A DNA stretch of 64,000 nt from Alphaproteobacteria bacterium (GTDB taxonomy: Bacteria > Pseudomonadota > Alphaproteobacteria > JAIXQD01), in the NCBI GenBank assembly GCA_965246895.1, contig OZ251993.1:256490-320489 (forward strand). Reading direction: 5' to 3'. Both the position numbers and the translations under genes were made by a program. The notes under the pieces were generated by a model, which saw nothing but the letters and a program-made list of their open reading frames with translations, had not been told where the DNA came from and made no database searches. Positions 38,271 through 47,012 of the stretch are shown in pieces; position 1 is the stretch's first letter, and every line of letters starts with the position of its first letter.

Positions 38271-38924
38271 GTGATCGATGCTGCACAGATACGCGCCGCG
38301 AGGGCGCTTCTGGACTGGAACCGCGACCAGTTGGCTGCTGCCAGTGGCGTCTCTGTGCCGGCGCTTGCCAAAATTGAGGGCGAAAAGTCAAGCCCGCATG
38401 CAGAAACCCTGATGAAAGTGCAGAGCGCGCTGGAGCAGGCCGGCATTGTATTCGGCGATAGCTCGGGCGTGAAGAAGAAGAGCGAGATAGTGACGGTTTA
38501 TGAGGGGCGTGACGGTTATCAAGCATATTGCGATGACATGTACATGACTGCCGTCAAGCATGGCGGCGAGTTTTTAATTGGTGGCGGCCTTCAACAAGAT
38601 TTTTATGAAGCTCTGGATGAGAATTATCTTCAGCTGCATGTAGATCGTATGAAAAAAATTTCTAATCAACTTAAAGTTCGTGCGTTAAAGCCATTGCGCG
38701 ATGCTAACTTGCCAGGCGTTGATTATGTGGAATATCGCATCATGCCGGACGATGCCTTTATGGCAGTGCCGTTTTACGTTTATCATAATAAGCTTGCGAT
38801 CATTACGTGGCGTCCGCATATGCGCGTTGTTGTATTAGAAGATAAGCAAATCTCAGAGGCTTATCGAAAGCAGTTTGACATGGTGTGGCGCATCGCCCGG
38901 CGTCAAGGCGCGGTGCAAGCATGA
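38271..38924 (+). CDS. XRE-family HTH protein fused to an uncharacterised roughly 150-aa C-terminal domain
   Basis: GTG start with a GAGGGGG SD. N-terminus IRAARALLDWNRDQLAAASGVSVPALAKIEGEK is an XRE-type HTH; the C-terminal domain has no recognisable motif. Local GC is about 45%. Confidence 0.6.
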   Translation: MIDAAQIRAARALLDWNRDQLAAASGVSVPALAKIEGEKSSPHAETLMKVQSALEQAGIVFGDSSGVKKKSEIVTVYEGRDGYQAYCDDMYMTAVKHGGEFLIGGGLQQDFYEALDENYLQLHVDRMKKISNQLKVRALKPLRDANLPGVDYVEYRIMPDDAFMAVPFYVYHNKLAIITWRPHMRVVVLEDKQISEAYRKQFDMVWRIARRQGAVQA

Positions 38925-39622
38925 ATGTTTTGATGCGCCCTAAACAGCATATGTCAGCAACAACATGTCGCTGGATAAATTATGTCGATGTAATGGACTG
39001 CGAAGATTTACAAGCTCGCGTAGTCACGCATCTTTCTCCTGAAGAATTGCGGTTATTCTTTTATCCGCGCTTGACAGCTTTCCGTGACAACGCACTGAAG
39101 AATGGTGACGCGATTGTAGGCTGTTTCGATGATGGGCAATTAGTAGGGCAGGCAATTCTACTTCGCAACAACACGGGCGAAAAGTTTGCTCAGAATTACA
39201 TGTTAGAACGCCCGATCCCTGCGATTTTAAAAGATCGCTCAAGTGCTGTTATTACCAATGCTATGGTAGAACCGGCATATCATGGGCATGGGGCAATGCA
39301 GGCATCCCTTGATTTCATTAGCAAGAGCTTGCGCATGTTTGATGCAGAAGCAGCTTTTTATATAACTCACGTCAATAATACCTCGATGATTGTAGCGGGA
39401 TTGCGTTCCGGCTATCGCATGATGGATGTAGGCATTTGCCGCAATAATGGCGAGCCTATGTATCTGATGGTGCGTCAGCCAATGCTAGCTGCTATGCGCT
39501 TCACGAAAGAAGCTGAAGTTGACATGACAGCAGATAGCTACATACAAATACAAGACTACTTGTCTGATGGGTGGATAGGATGTGGCATGCAAAATAAAAA
39601 GCTTTTGCTACAATCGGCTTGA
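38921..39622 (+). CDS. GNAT-like N-acetyltransferase
   Basis: Its ATGA overlaps the preceding gene. It carries GNAT motif A-like VEPAYHGHGAMQASLDFI and has low GC. Confidence 0.5.
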   Translation: MNVLMRPKQHMSATTCRWINYVDVMDCEDLQARVVTHLSPEELRLFFYPRLTAFRDNALKNGDAIVGCFDDGQLVGQAILLRNNTGEKFAQNYMLERPIPAILKDRSSAVITNAMVEPAYHGHGAMQASLDFISKSLRMFDAEAAFYITHVNNTSMIVAGLRSGYRMMDVGICRNNGEPMYLMVRQPMLAAMRFTKEAEVDMTADSYIQIQDYLSDGWIGCGMQNKKLLLQSA

Positions 39623-39628
39623 AGCTGC

Positions 39629-41134
39629 CTAATTATTTTTCCGCACGCGCATCGTTGGGAAGGCAATCACGTCGCGGATCGAACTAGCGTTGGTTAGCAA
39701 CATCGTTAGGCGGTCGATACCGATACCGATACCGCCTGTTGGGGGCAAGCCGTATTCCAACGCCGTCACATAATCCATGTCCTTATGCTCGGCCTCGTCA
39801 TTGCCAGCGGCGCGCTGCGCTTCTTGATTATCGAAGCGGGCGAGCTGATCGATCGGGTCGGTCAATTCTGAAAACCCATTGGCCAGTTCACGGCCATATA
39901 TAAATGTTTCAAATCGTTCCGTCAGGCGCGGGTCATCACGATGCCTTTTTGCGAGCGGCGAGATATCGATCGGGTAATCCATCACATGTGTGGGCTGGAT
40001 TAGCTTGGGCTCGACCTTTTCGCCAAACGCGAGTTCCAAACACTGACCCCAGTTCTCGAAGCCTTTCATTTCAATGCCCAACGCTTTTACAGCCGCACGG
40101 GCTTGCGCTTCATCGAGGGCCATAAAGTCAACGCCGGTATGCTGCTGAACAAGGCCGGACATGGTGCCGGAAGCCCAGCCTTTGGCGAGTTCGATCTCGG
40201 TACCTTCATAGGTAATCTTCGTCGTGCCATGCAGGAATTGCGCGAGTGAAGAGACCAGATCTTCCAAAAGCGCCATGATATCGTGGTAATCGGCATAGGC
40301 TTGATACAATTCAAGCATGGTGAACTCAGGATTATGTCGTACCGACATGCCCTCATTCCGGAAGCTGCGATTGATCTCGAAAATACCGCCATGTAATTGC
40401 CCGACCATCAGCCGCTTCAAAAATAATTCAGGAGCGATACGCAAGTAAAGGTCCATATCCAGGGTATTGTGATGCGTCACGAACGGTTTGGCGGCACCGC
40501 CGTTGATCGAGGTTTGCAGCATCGGCGTTTCGACTTCGATAAAACCTCGATCCTCGAAAAAGCGCCGCATGAACCAAAGGATGCGGCTGCGGTTGCGCAG
40601 GCGCGTGCGCGACTCTTCATTGATAATAAGATCGATGTAGCGCTGGCGGTAGCGCGTTTCGACATCGGCTAAGCCATGCCAGGACGACGGCAGCATTAGC
40701 AAAGATTTAGCGAGCATCGTATAATTGGCGGCATTTACCGTCAGCTCACCACGCTTGGTGCGACGAATAATCCCTTCGACGCCGATCATATCGCCGATAT
40801 CTAGCAGATCCAGCAATTGGCATTGTGCTTCGTTTAATTGCGCGCGGTCGCCATAGATCTGAATTTTGCCGTGTGAATCATGCAGATCAATGAACATGCC
40901 GCTGTTGCGGTAAGCGCGAATGCGCCCGGCCACGCGAACGACATCTGTCGTGATCTCTTCATTAGGAAGGTCTTTATATCGTTCCTGAAGATCAGGCAGC
41001 GCGGCGGAAACATCGAAGCGGTAAGGGTAAGGGTCAACGCCTAACGCGCGTAGCTTTTCCAATTTTTCAAGGCGGATTTCACGCAAGCGGTGACTGGTCG
41101 CTTCATCTGGAGCTGTATCTAGCGGCTTGGTCAC
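39629..41134 (-). CDS. lysS: Lysine--tRNA ligase (class II)
   Basis: OB anticodon-binding N-domain and class II motifs (FIEVETPMLQ ... GGIGIGIDRLTMLL). Confidence 0.95.
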   Translation of the reverse strand: MTKPLDTAPDEATSHRLREIRLEKLEKLRALGVDPYPYRFDVSAALPDLQERYKDLPNEEITTDVVRVAGRIRAYRNSGMFIDLHDSHGKIQIYGDRAQLNEAQCQLLDLLDIGDMIGVEGIIRRTKRGELTVNAANYTMLAKSLLMLPSSWHGLADVETRYRQRYIDLIINEESRTRLRNRSRILWFMRRFFEDRGFIEVETPMLQTSINGGAAKPFVTHHNTLDMDLYLRIAPELFLKRLMVGQLHGGIFEINRSFRNEGMSVRHNPEFTMLELYQAYADYHDIMALLEDLVSSLAQFLHGTTKITYEGTEIELAKGWASGTMSGLVQQHTGVDFMALDEAQARAAVKALGIEMKGFENWGQCLELAFGEKVEPKLIQPTHVMDYPIDISPLAKRHRDDPRLTERFETFIYGRELANGFSELTDPIDQLARFDNQEAQRAAGNDEAEHKDMDYVTALEYGLPPTGGIGIGIDRLTMLLTNASSIRDVIAFPTMRVRKNN

Positions 41135-41160
41135 AATGTTTGTACCTACTAATTTGACGA

Positions 41161-41799
41161 CTATTCGATAATTTGGGTAATCTTGGCGATCATGCGCAAG
41201 GCTGTGCGCTCAACCGTCAACTTACCCGTTTGCTTCCCACCAAGCTGCAGCAATTCGTAACGCTTGCCAATCACCCGGCCAACTTCACGCAATTGCAAGG
41301 TTCCGTTAGCAAGGGCAACGGCCACACGGTCACCCTTTTGAATTTTGGCGCCAGGAGAAGCGACGAGCAGGCTGCCGGCCCGGTAACCGGGAGCCGCCGC
41401 AGCGCTTGCAACCTCAAGCCCAAAGGCATTTTCGTCATCTGCGCCAACAATGGTGCGCTTGATCCAAGCTTTGCCACTAGGCTGCCCATCTTCACCAATA
41501 TGGATACCCTTGTCGCTTTTTGTGGCACTGGCAGCCAGGGGTAGCACTAAAATCTTGGTTTTCAGTACTGTTTTATGCACAAGTGCCGCAAAATCGAGAA
41601 AGCTAGCGCCGGTGACTTCCAGAATTTTGGCGATGGATTCAGTCGAAGGCCATCGCTGCTTGCCTTCAGGCGAGAGCCGCTTGCTTTTGTTAAAAGTGGT
41701 CGCATCCAACCCAGCTTCGCGCGCTAAGCCAGATGGGGAAAACCCATTAGCAGCTGCCAAGGCATCGATTGCGTGCCAGATATCAGAATGTTTTAGCAT
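41161..41799 (-). CDS. Phage-repressor-like HTH regulator with S24 (LexA-like) peptidase domain, COG2932-type
   Basis: N-terminal HTH (SPSGLAREAGLDATTFNKSKR) and a C-terminal S24-like beta domain. The canonical Ser/Lys and Ala-Gly cleavage site are not clearly identifiable, so calling it LexA itself is not supported. Confidence 0.55.
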   Translation of the reverse strand: MLKHSDIWHAIDALAAANGFSPSGLAREAGLDATTFNKSKRLSPEGKQRWPSTESIAKILEVTGASFLDFAALVHKTVLKTKILVLPLAASATKSDKGIHIGEDGQPSGKAWIKRTIVGADDENAFGLEVASAAAAPGYRAGSLLVASPGAKIQKGDRVAVALANGTLQLREVGRVIGKRYELLQLGGKQTGKLTVERTALRMIAKITQIIE

Positions 41800-41893
41800 A
41801 ATAGGAATACCGTCTTGTAAGGTGCATACAGCTGTGTCGGGGGCGCAGTCGACTAAATTTAACCGCTATGGTCAACCCTCATGTACTATATTC

Positions 41894-41912
41894 AGCATCT
41901 AAAACTGATGCT
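41894..41912. promoter_or_regulatory. Perfect inverted repeat AGCATC-N7-GATGCT, candidate operator
   Basis: Seen directly in the intergenic region between the divergent S24-family regulator and the 41963 ORF. A T-rich tract follows it. Confidence 0.3.
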
Positions 41913-41962
41913 TTATTTTCGCCTTTTTAAGGTGGTATAGTATTTGTGACGAGGGAATTTTT

Positions 41963-42685
41963 ATGAACGAGCCGCAACCAGATTTGCCAGCCGAATTAGC
42001 GTCACGCGACGGTGCCGAAGCAACAGCTGTTGAAACGGCATTCGATCAGCCAAGCGCGCTGCCATTTTTCGATCTTGATATCGCGTTGATCCGTCGCGGG
42101 CAATCAAAGCCACACCTACAAACGCAAACGGCTGCGGCACCAGAGTTTAATCGTGAACGCAAAGCGCTTGACGCGCTTGAGGCTTTGCTGGCGGAACGGG
42201 CTTTGGCGCGTCCTAAGGGTTTGCAGACTGCGCCGGTGCCTCTATTCCCACAGACAGTGCTAAATAAAGCTGAGATTGCACTAAAATATATTGAGCCGCG
42301 CATCGTGCCGGTGCCGCATTCGGCTGAGATTTCAACCGGTTTCGTTAGCCCTGCGTTTGAGCGTGCCGCTGCGCCTAATGCTACGGTAAACGAACCGCGG
42401 GCGGCTCTGGCAATTACTTTTCTGCAAACCGCCAGTGATGTTGCGGCGCAGGCTGCTGATCTGCTGCCAGATTTAAAGCTGCAGTTGGTACGGCAGGCTT
42501 TGACACGGCGCGAGGCTATTGTGTTAAAAGCGCAGCGTGCCGCAGAGATTAAAAATGTGCAGGCTGCTTGGCGTCCAGCACCGCAAACCGCGGCAGCCGT
42601 GAAGGTAACACCGCAAGCTACTACCAATGCGGATGCTGATGATCTTCCCTGGGGCCATGTGACTTATCGCCTACTGGTGATGTAA
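41963..42685 (+). CDS. Hypothetical Ala-rich protein
   Basis: 240-aa low-complexity ORF. High GC makes spurious ORFs possible here. Confidence 0.35.
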   Translation: MNEPQPDLPAELASRDGAEATAVETAFDQPSALPFFDLDIALIRRGQSKPHLQTQTAAAPEFNRERKALDALEALLAERALARPKGLQTAPVPLFPQTVLNKAEIALKYIEPRIVPVPHSAEISTGFVSPAFERAAAPNATVNEPRAALAITFLQTASDVAAQAADLLPDLKLQLVRQALTRREAIVLKAQRAAEIKNVQAAWRPAPQTAAAVKVTPQATTNADADDLPWGHVTYRLLVM

Positions 42686-42710
42686 GCTGCCTTGTACGCG
42701 CCAATAAACA

Positions 42711-45296
42711 TTAAGCATCGAACTTTGCCGCTTTTACTTTTAGCGACAATTCTTCGCCCTGTTTGATAAGCTCAAGCGTTTGCCCTTCCGCTACATCGCC
42801 GCGTAATAACTGGTCGGCCAATAGGTTTTCGACGCGATCTTGAATCAACCGCTTCAATGGCCGCGCACCATAAACGGGGTCATAGCCGCGCTTCGCTAGC
42901 CAATCGCGTGCAGGCGCACTGATCGATAGGCCGATATGCTTTGCCGCTAGACGCTCGCTCAAGCGGCTTAACTGGATATCGACAATGCGGGCGATATCGC
43001 TCTGGCTTAGCCGTTGGAAAATGATCATATCGTCGAGGCGATTAATGAATTCAGGTCGGAAGTTTTTGCGCACGGCACTAATTACCTGCTCGCGATCTTT
43101 CGCCGTCACCTTGTCGCCCTGCAAATATTCGCTGCCAAGATTCGAGGTGAGAACGATCAGCGTATTCTTGAAGTCGACCGTGCGGCCCTGACCATCCGTC
43201 AGACGGCCATCGTCCAGCACCTGCAATAGTGCATTGAAGATGTCGGGATGCGCTTTCTCGACCTCATCAAAGAGGATTACCTGATAGGGGCGGCGGCGCA
43301 CAGCTTCGGTCAAGATGCCGCCCGCCTCGAACCCGACATAGCCCGGCGGCGCGCCGATCAGGCGCGAGACCGCATGTTTCTCCATATATTCCGACATATC
43401 GAGGCGCAGCATCGCCGACTCGTCGTTGAACATATAGCCGGCAACTGCGCGGGCCAGTTCCGTCTTGCCGACGCCGGTCGGTCCCAGGAACAAGAACGAG
43501 CCGAGCGGTCGGTTTGGGTCAGCAATGCCGGCGCGGCTACGGCGAATGGCATTGGCAACGGCTTTTAGCGCGTCCTCCTGCCCAACAACGCGGAGGCGCA
43601 GCGTATCTTCCAGTTGCAGCAGTTTTTCGCCTTCGCCCACCAGCATCTTGCCGGCAGGAATGCCCGTCCAGCGGCTGACGATGGCGGCGATATCGGCTTC
43701 CGTTACTGCTTCGTTTAACAAGCCTTCCTGAAGCGTGCTTCCAGCTTCAGCGGCGGCGATCTGCTTTTCAAAGTTGGGAATGATGCTATAGGTCAGTTCG
43801 CCCGCGCGCGCAAAATCACCACTGCGCTGCGCCCGATCAAGTTCGGCCCGTGCAACCTCTAAGTCTTCCTTTAGTTTCTGCGCGCGCCCCAGCTTGGATT
43901 TCTCCGCCTGCCAGCGGGAGGTCAGTTCGGCGGCTTCGGCTTCCGCTATTTTCAATTCTTCAATCAGTTTTTGCAGCCGTGTCATAGATGCAGCATCGCG
44001 CTCGCGCTTCAAGGCTTCGCGTTCGATCTTTAGCTGCAGCACGCGACGATCGAGCTCGTCCAGCGCCTCTGGCTTGCTATCAATGCCGATCCGCAGGCGG
44101 GCCGCAGCTTCGTCGATCAGATCAATCGCTTTATCCGGGAGGAAACGGTCATTGATGTAGCGTTTAGAAAGCGTAGCGGCGGCAACGATTGCGCTGTCGG
44201 TAATGCGCACGCCGTGATGCAGCTCGTATTTTTCCTTGAGGCCACGAAGGATTGAGATGGTATCGGGCACGCTCGGCTCGTCCACAAAAATGGGCTGGAA
44301 GCGACGCGTGAGAGCGGCATCTTTTTCGACATGCTGGCGATATTCGTTGAGAGTGGTGGCGCCGATACAATGTAATTCGCCGCGGGAAAGTGCCGGCTTC
44401 AGCAAGTTCGAGGCATCCATCGCGCCATCGGTCTTGCCTGCACCAACCAGCATGTGCATTTCGTCGATGAAAAGGATGATCTCGCCCGCCGCTGCGCGCA
44501 CTTCCTCGATTACGGCCTTTAGACGCTCTTCAAATTCGCCACGGAATTTTGCGCCAGCAATCAAGGCCCCTAGATCAAGCGACAGCACGCGCTTGCGCTT
44601 CAGATTTTCCGGCACGTCGCCAGTTTCGATACGGAGGGCTAGCCCTTCAACAATCGCCGTTTTGCCAACGCCCGGCTCGCCAATTAGAACCGGGTTGTTC
44701 TTGGTGCGGCGCGCCAGCACCTGAATTGTACGACGGATTTCCTCGTCCCGCCCGATCACCGGGTCGAGCTTATTGTTACGGGCGGCTTCCGTTAGGTCGC
44801 GGGCATATTTCGCCAGCGCCTCAAATTGCGACTCGGCATGTTCGCTGGTGGCGGTTCTGCCACCGCGGGCTGTGCTAACGGCGTTCGTCAGGCGCGCGGG
44901 CGTCACGCCGGCAGACGTCAGCGCTTTGGCCGCAGGGCTGTCGATCGTCGCCAGTGCTTCGAGTAGCCGTTCAATGGTAACGAAACTGTCGCCCGCCGCC
45001 TTAGCGCGGCTCTCTGCTTCGCCGAAAACACGCATCAAAGCGGGATCGGCCACGAGGTTCGCGGGCCCAGCTAAAATTTTCGGCTGCTTCTCCAGTGCCT
45101 CAGTAATAGCTTCCTGCAGCTTCAATAGATCAGCACCGGCAGCGCGCAGCAGGTTGGTAGCTGTGCTGTCACGATCTTCCAGTAGTGCCTGCAGCAGTAG
45201 TTCCGGTACAAAGCGCTGATGGCCTATTTTAAGGGCATTTGTTTGCGCAGTTTGCACAACAGCTTTGGCGCGTTCGGTGTAATTATCGAAGTTCAT
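42711..45296 (-). CDS. clpB: Chaperone ClpB (AAA+ disaggregase)
   Basis: Two AAA+ modules (GEPGVGKT Walker A twice), a coiled-coil middle domain, and the N-terminal Clp_N repeat. Start taken at MNFDNYTER. Confidence 0.95.
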   Translation of the reverse strand: MNFDNYTERAKAVVQTAQTNALKIGHQRFVPELLLQALLEDRDSTATNLLRAAGADLLKLQEAITEALEKQPKILAGPANLVADPALMRVFGEAESRAKAAGDSFVTIERLLEALATIDSPAAKALTSAGVTPARLTNAVSTARGGRTATSEHAESQFEALAKYARDLTEAARNNKLDPVIGRDEEIRRTIQVLARRTKNNPVLIGEPGVGKTAIVEGLALRIETGDVPENLKRKRVLSLDLGALIAGAKFRGEFEERLKAVIEEVRAAAGEIILFIDEMHMLVGAGKTDGAMDASNLLKPALSRGELHCIGATTLNEYRQHVEKDAALTRRFQPIFVDEPSVPDTISILRGLKEKYELHHGVRITDSAIVAAATLSKRYINDRFLPDKAIDLIDEAAARLRIGIDSKPEALDELDRRVLQLKIEREALKRERDAASMTRLQKLIEELKIAEAEAAELTSRWQAEKSKLGRAQKLKEDLEVARAELDRAQRSGDFARAGELTYSIIPNFEKQIAAAEAGSTLQEGLLNEAVTEADIAAIVSRWTGIPAGKMLVGEGEKLLQLEDTLRLRVVGQEDALKAVANAIRRSRAGIADPNRPLGSFLFLGPTGVGKTELARAVAGYMFNDESAMLRLDMSEYMEKHAVSRLIGAPPGYVGFEAGGILTEAVRRRPYQVILFDEVEKAHPDIFNALLQVLDDGRLTDGQGRTVDFKNTLIVLTSNLGSEYLQGDKVTAKDREQVISAVRKNFRPEFINRLDDMIIFQRLSQSDIARIVDIQLSRLSERLAAKHIGLSISAPARDWLAKRGYDPVYGARPLKRLIQDRVENLLADQLLRGDVAEGQTLELIKQGEELSLKVKAAKFDA

Positions 45297-45327
45297 AAGG
45301 CCCATGTTGTCATGGATCAGCGTTTGT

Positions 45328-45744
45328 TCAAGGGACTGGCATGATTGCCGGTTTAAACACGAAATACTTGTTAACTGCGAAATTGACGAACAGGCCTGCG
45401 ATTGATCCAGCCGCCACCGCTAGCACCGGATAAGCGACCGCTAGCGGCCAAATATGCAGCGTAACCGCATAGGCGGTATAATTGACGGCTCCGCCGGCAA
45501 GATTGAAGGCCAGAAAGCGGCCCCACTCCTTTTTCTTGTTTTCTCCGGCGGTCGCCTTGAAAGCCCAGCGGCGGTTCAGTGCCCAAGTAACAGTCGCCGC
45601 ACAGAGGTAAGAGACGACGCGGCCTGCATAGAAACCAAGGCCGATAGCAAGACCGATCTGCAGCACACCCGCATCGACGATAAAGCCGATCGTGCCGACG
45701 ATACCGAACAGGAATAGCTGGCGGATGAGTGGTGGAAGCTTCAC
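45328..45744 (-). CDS. GtrA family membrane protein (polyprenyl-phosphate-sugar translocase-like)
   Basis: 138 aa, 4 TM, with a GtrA-like signature (FGIVGTIGFIVDAGVL ... NRRWAF). Confidence 0.8.
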   Translation of the reverse strand: MKLPPLIRQLFLFGIVGTIGFIVDAGVLQIGLAIGLGFYAGRVVSYLCAATVTWALNRRWAFKATAGENKKKEWGRFLAFNLAGGAVNYTAYAVTLHIWPLAVAYPVLAVAAGSIAGLFVNFAVNKYFVFKPAIMPVP

Positions 45745-45745
45745 G

Positions 45746-46684
45746 CTATCTGTTGCCAGGCGCTTTGTACGTTAAATAGGCCATGCGCTTGGTTTCGACG
45801 CGGCCGGTGGTGACCGTGTCGAGGATCAGGCCGATCGCAAAGGTGATCACAGCAACGATGCCAAGGCCAGCCGCTAGGATCGTGCGTGGGAACCGCTCGA
45901 CCACGCCCGTATGGAAGAAGTCGATAATGACCGGCACGCCGATCGCGAGCGAGACAAGTGCAATGATGAGCGCGATCAGTCCGAAGAATTTCAGTGGCAA
46001 TTCTTCTTTCACTAGCTGCGCGATCATGAACAGAATGCGGAACCCGTCGCGATAAGTGTTGAGCTTGGAGACGCTGCCGACCGGGCGATCCTTATAGCTA
46101 GTCGCCACTTCGCCCACTGGCAGGCGCAGTTGCAACGCATGCACGGTAAGCTCGGTCTCCGTTTCAAAACCACGGCTGAGCGCGGGGAAGGATTTGACGA
46201 AGCGGCGCGAGAAGACGCGATAGCCCGACAGCATATCGGTAAAGCGCTTGCCAAAGATATTGCGCACAAGGCCCGTTAGCAAGGCATTGCCGAGGCGGTG
46301 ACCGGCGCGATACGCGGCCTGGATTTCGGTCACGCGTGCGCCATTGACCATGTCAAGGTTTTCTTCGATCAGCTTGTTCAGCAGCAGCGGCGCCACAGCG
46401 GCATCGTAGGTCGCATCGCCATCGACCATGATGTAATAGTCCGCCTCGACATCCGCGAACATGCGGCGGATGACGTTCCCCTTGCCTTGCAGGCTTTCGG
46501 TGCGGACGATCGCGCCGGCCTTGCGCGCGACCTCGACCGTGCGATCTTTCGAATTATTATCGTAAACATAGATCTCCGCTTGCGGCAGCGCGGCACGGAA
46601 GCCTTCAATTACTTCCGTAATGGCGACTTCCTCATTATAGCAAGGCACCAGCACGGCGATTTTTCTAGTAACAATATCAGACAT
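45746..46684 (-). CDS. GT2 polyprenyl-phosphate glycosyltransferase (GtrB/ArnC/DPM1-like)
   Basis: IAVLVPCYNEE at the N-terminus, the DGD motif (YIMVDGDATYD), and C-terminal TM helices. Start taken at MSDIVTRK. Confidence 0.85.
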   Translation of the reverse strand: MSDIVTRKIAVLVPCYNEEVAITEVIEGFRAALPQAEIYVYDNNSKDRTVEVARKAGAIVRTESLQGKGNVIRRMFADVEADYYIMVDGDATYDAAVAPLLLNKLIEENLDMVNGARVTEIQAAYRAGHRLGNALLTGLVRNIFGKRFTDMLSGYRVFSRRFVKSFPALSRGFETETELTVHALQLRLPVGEVATSYKDRPVGSVSKLNTYRDGFRILFMIAQLVKEELPLKFFGLIALIIALVSLAIGVPVIIDFFHTGVVERFPRTILAAGLGIVAVITFAIGLILDTVTTGRVETKRMAYLTYKAPGNR

Positions 46685-47012
46685 AGGTATCTCCTTTAAA
46701 ATCCAAAGCTCTGAGACAGGCGTAGCGCGGTTGCTTGGCCCCGGCAACATTGACCGCATCCGTGAATTGAGTTACGGGCCGCGCAAACATGCGGTTTACA
46801 TCATCGGCCTGATGATAAAAGACTAATTCCTCTTCGGTCTCGCTGTGCCAACCAGTGCCAAGCACGCGATAAACCGTGCCTTTGTAATGGCGATAAAATC
46901 CGGGCGCGACTGCGATCGTCCTCGTAGGCGTTGGCCTGAAAGACGCTTTTATAATCGGGTCAGCGGACACAGGCTGAGATCCTCGTCGAAATTGGGGTGG
47001 ACACGTTGGCAC
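46677..47012 (-). CDS. DUF1653 domain protein
   Basis: GFYRHYKGTVYRVLGTGWHSETEEELVFYHQ matches the DUF1653 core. The start is uncertain: the ATG at 47012 overlaps the upstream gene by 64 nt. Its stop overlaps the GT2 start. Confidence 0.55.
   Translation of the reverse strand: MPTCPPQFRRGSQPVSADPIIKASFRPTPTRTIAVAPGFYRHYKGTVYRVLGTGWHSETEEELVFYHQADDVNRMFARPVTQFTDAVNVAGAKQPRYACLRALDFKGDTYV

Noticed and set aside
41800-41962. Alphaproteobacterial LexA box (GTTC-N7-GTTC / GAAC-N7-GAAC) upstream of the S24-family regulator
   Set aside because: No such direct repeat is present. A TTGT-N8-TACAG stretch only loosely resembles the gamma-type SOS box.
42046-42627. 193-aa minus-strand ORF
   Set aside because: It is antisense to the 41963-42685 Ala-rich ORF, and both are low-complexity. 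I kept only the plus-strand ORF, at low confidence, because it has a start codon with upstream AT-rich signals.
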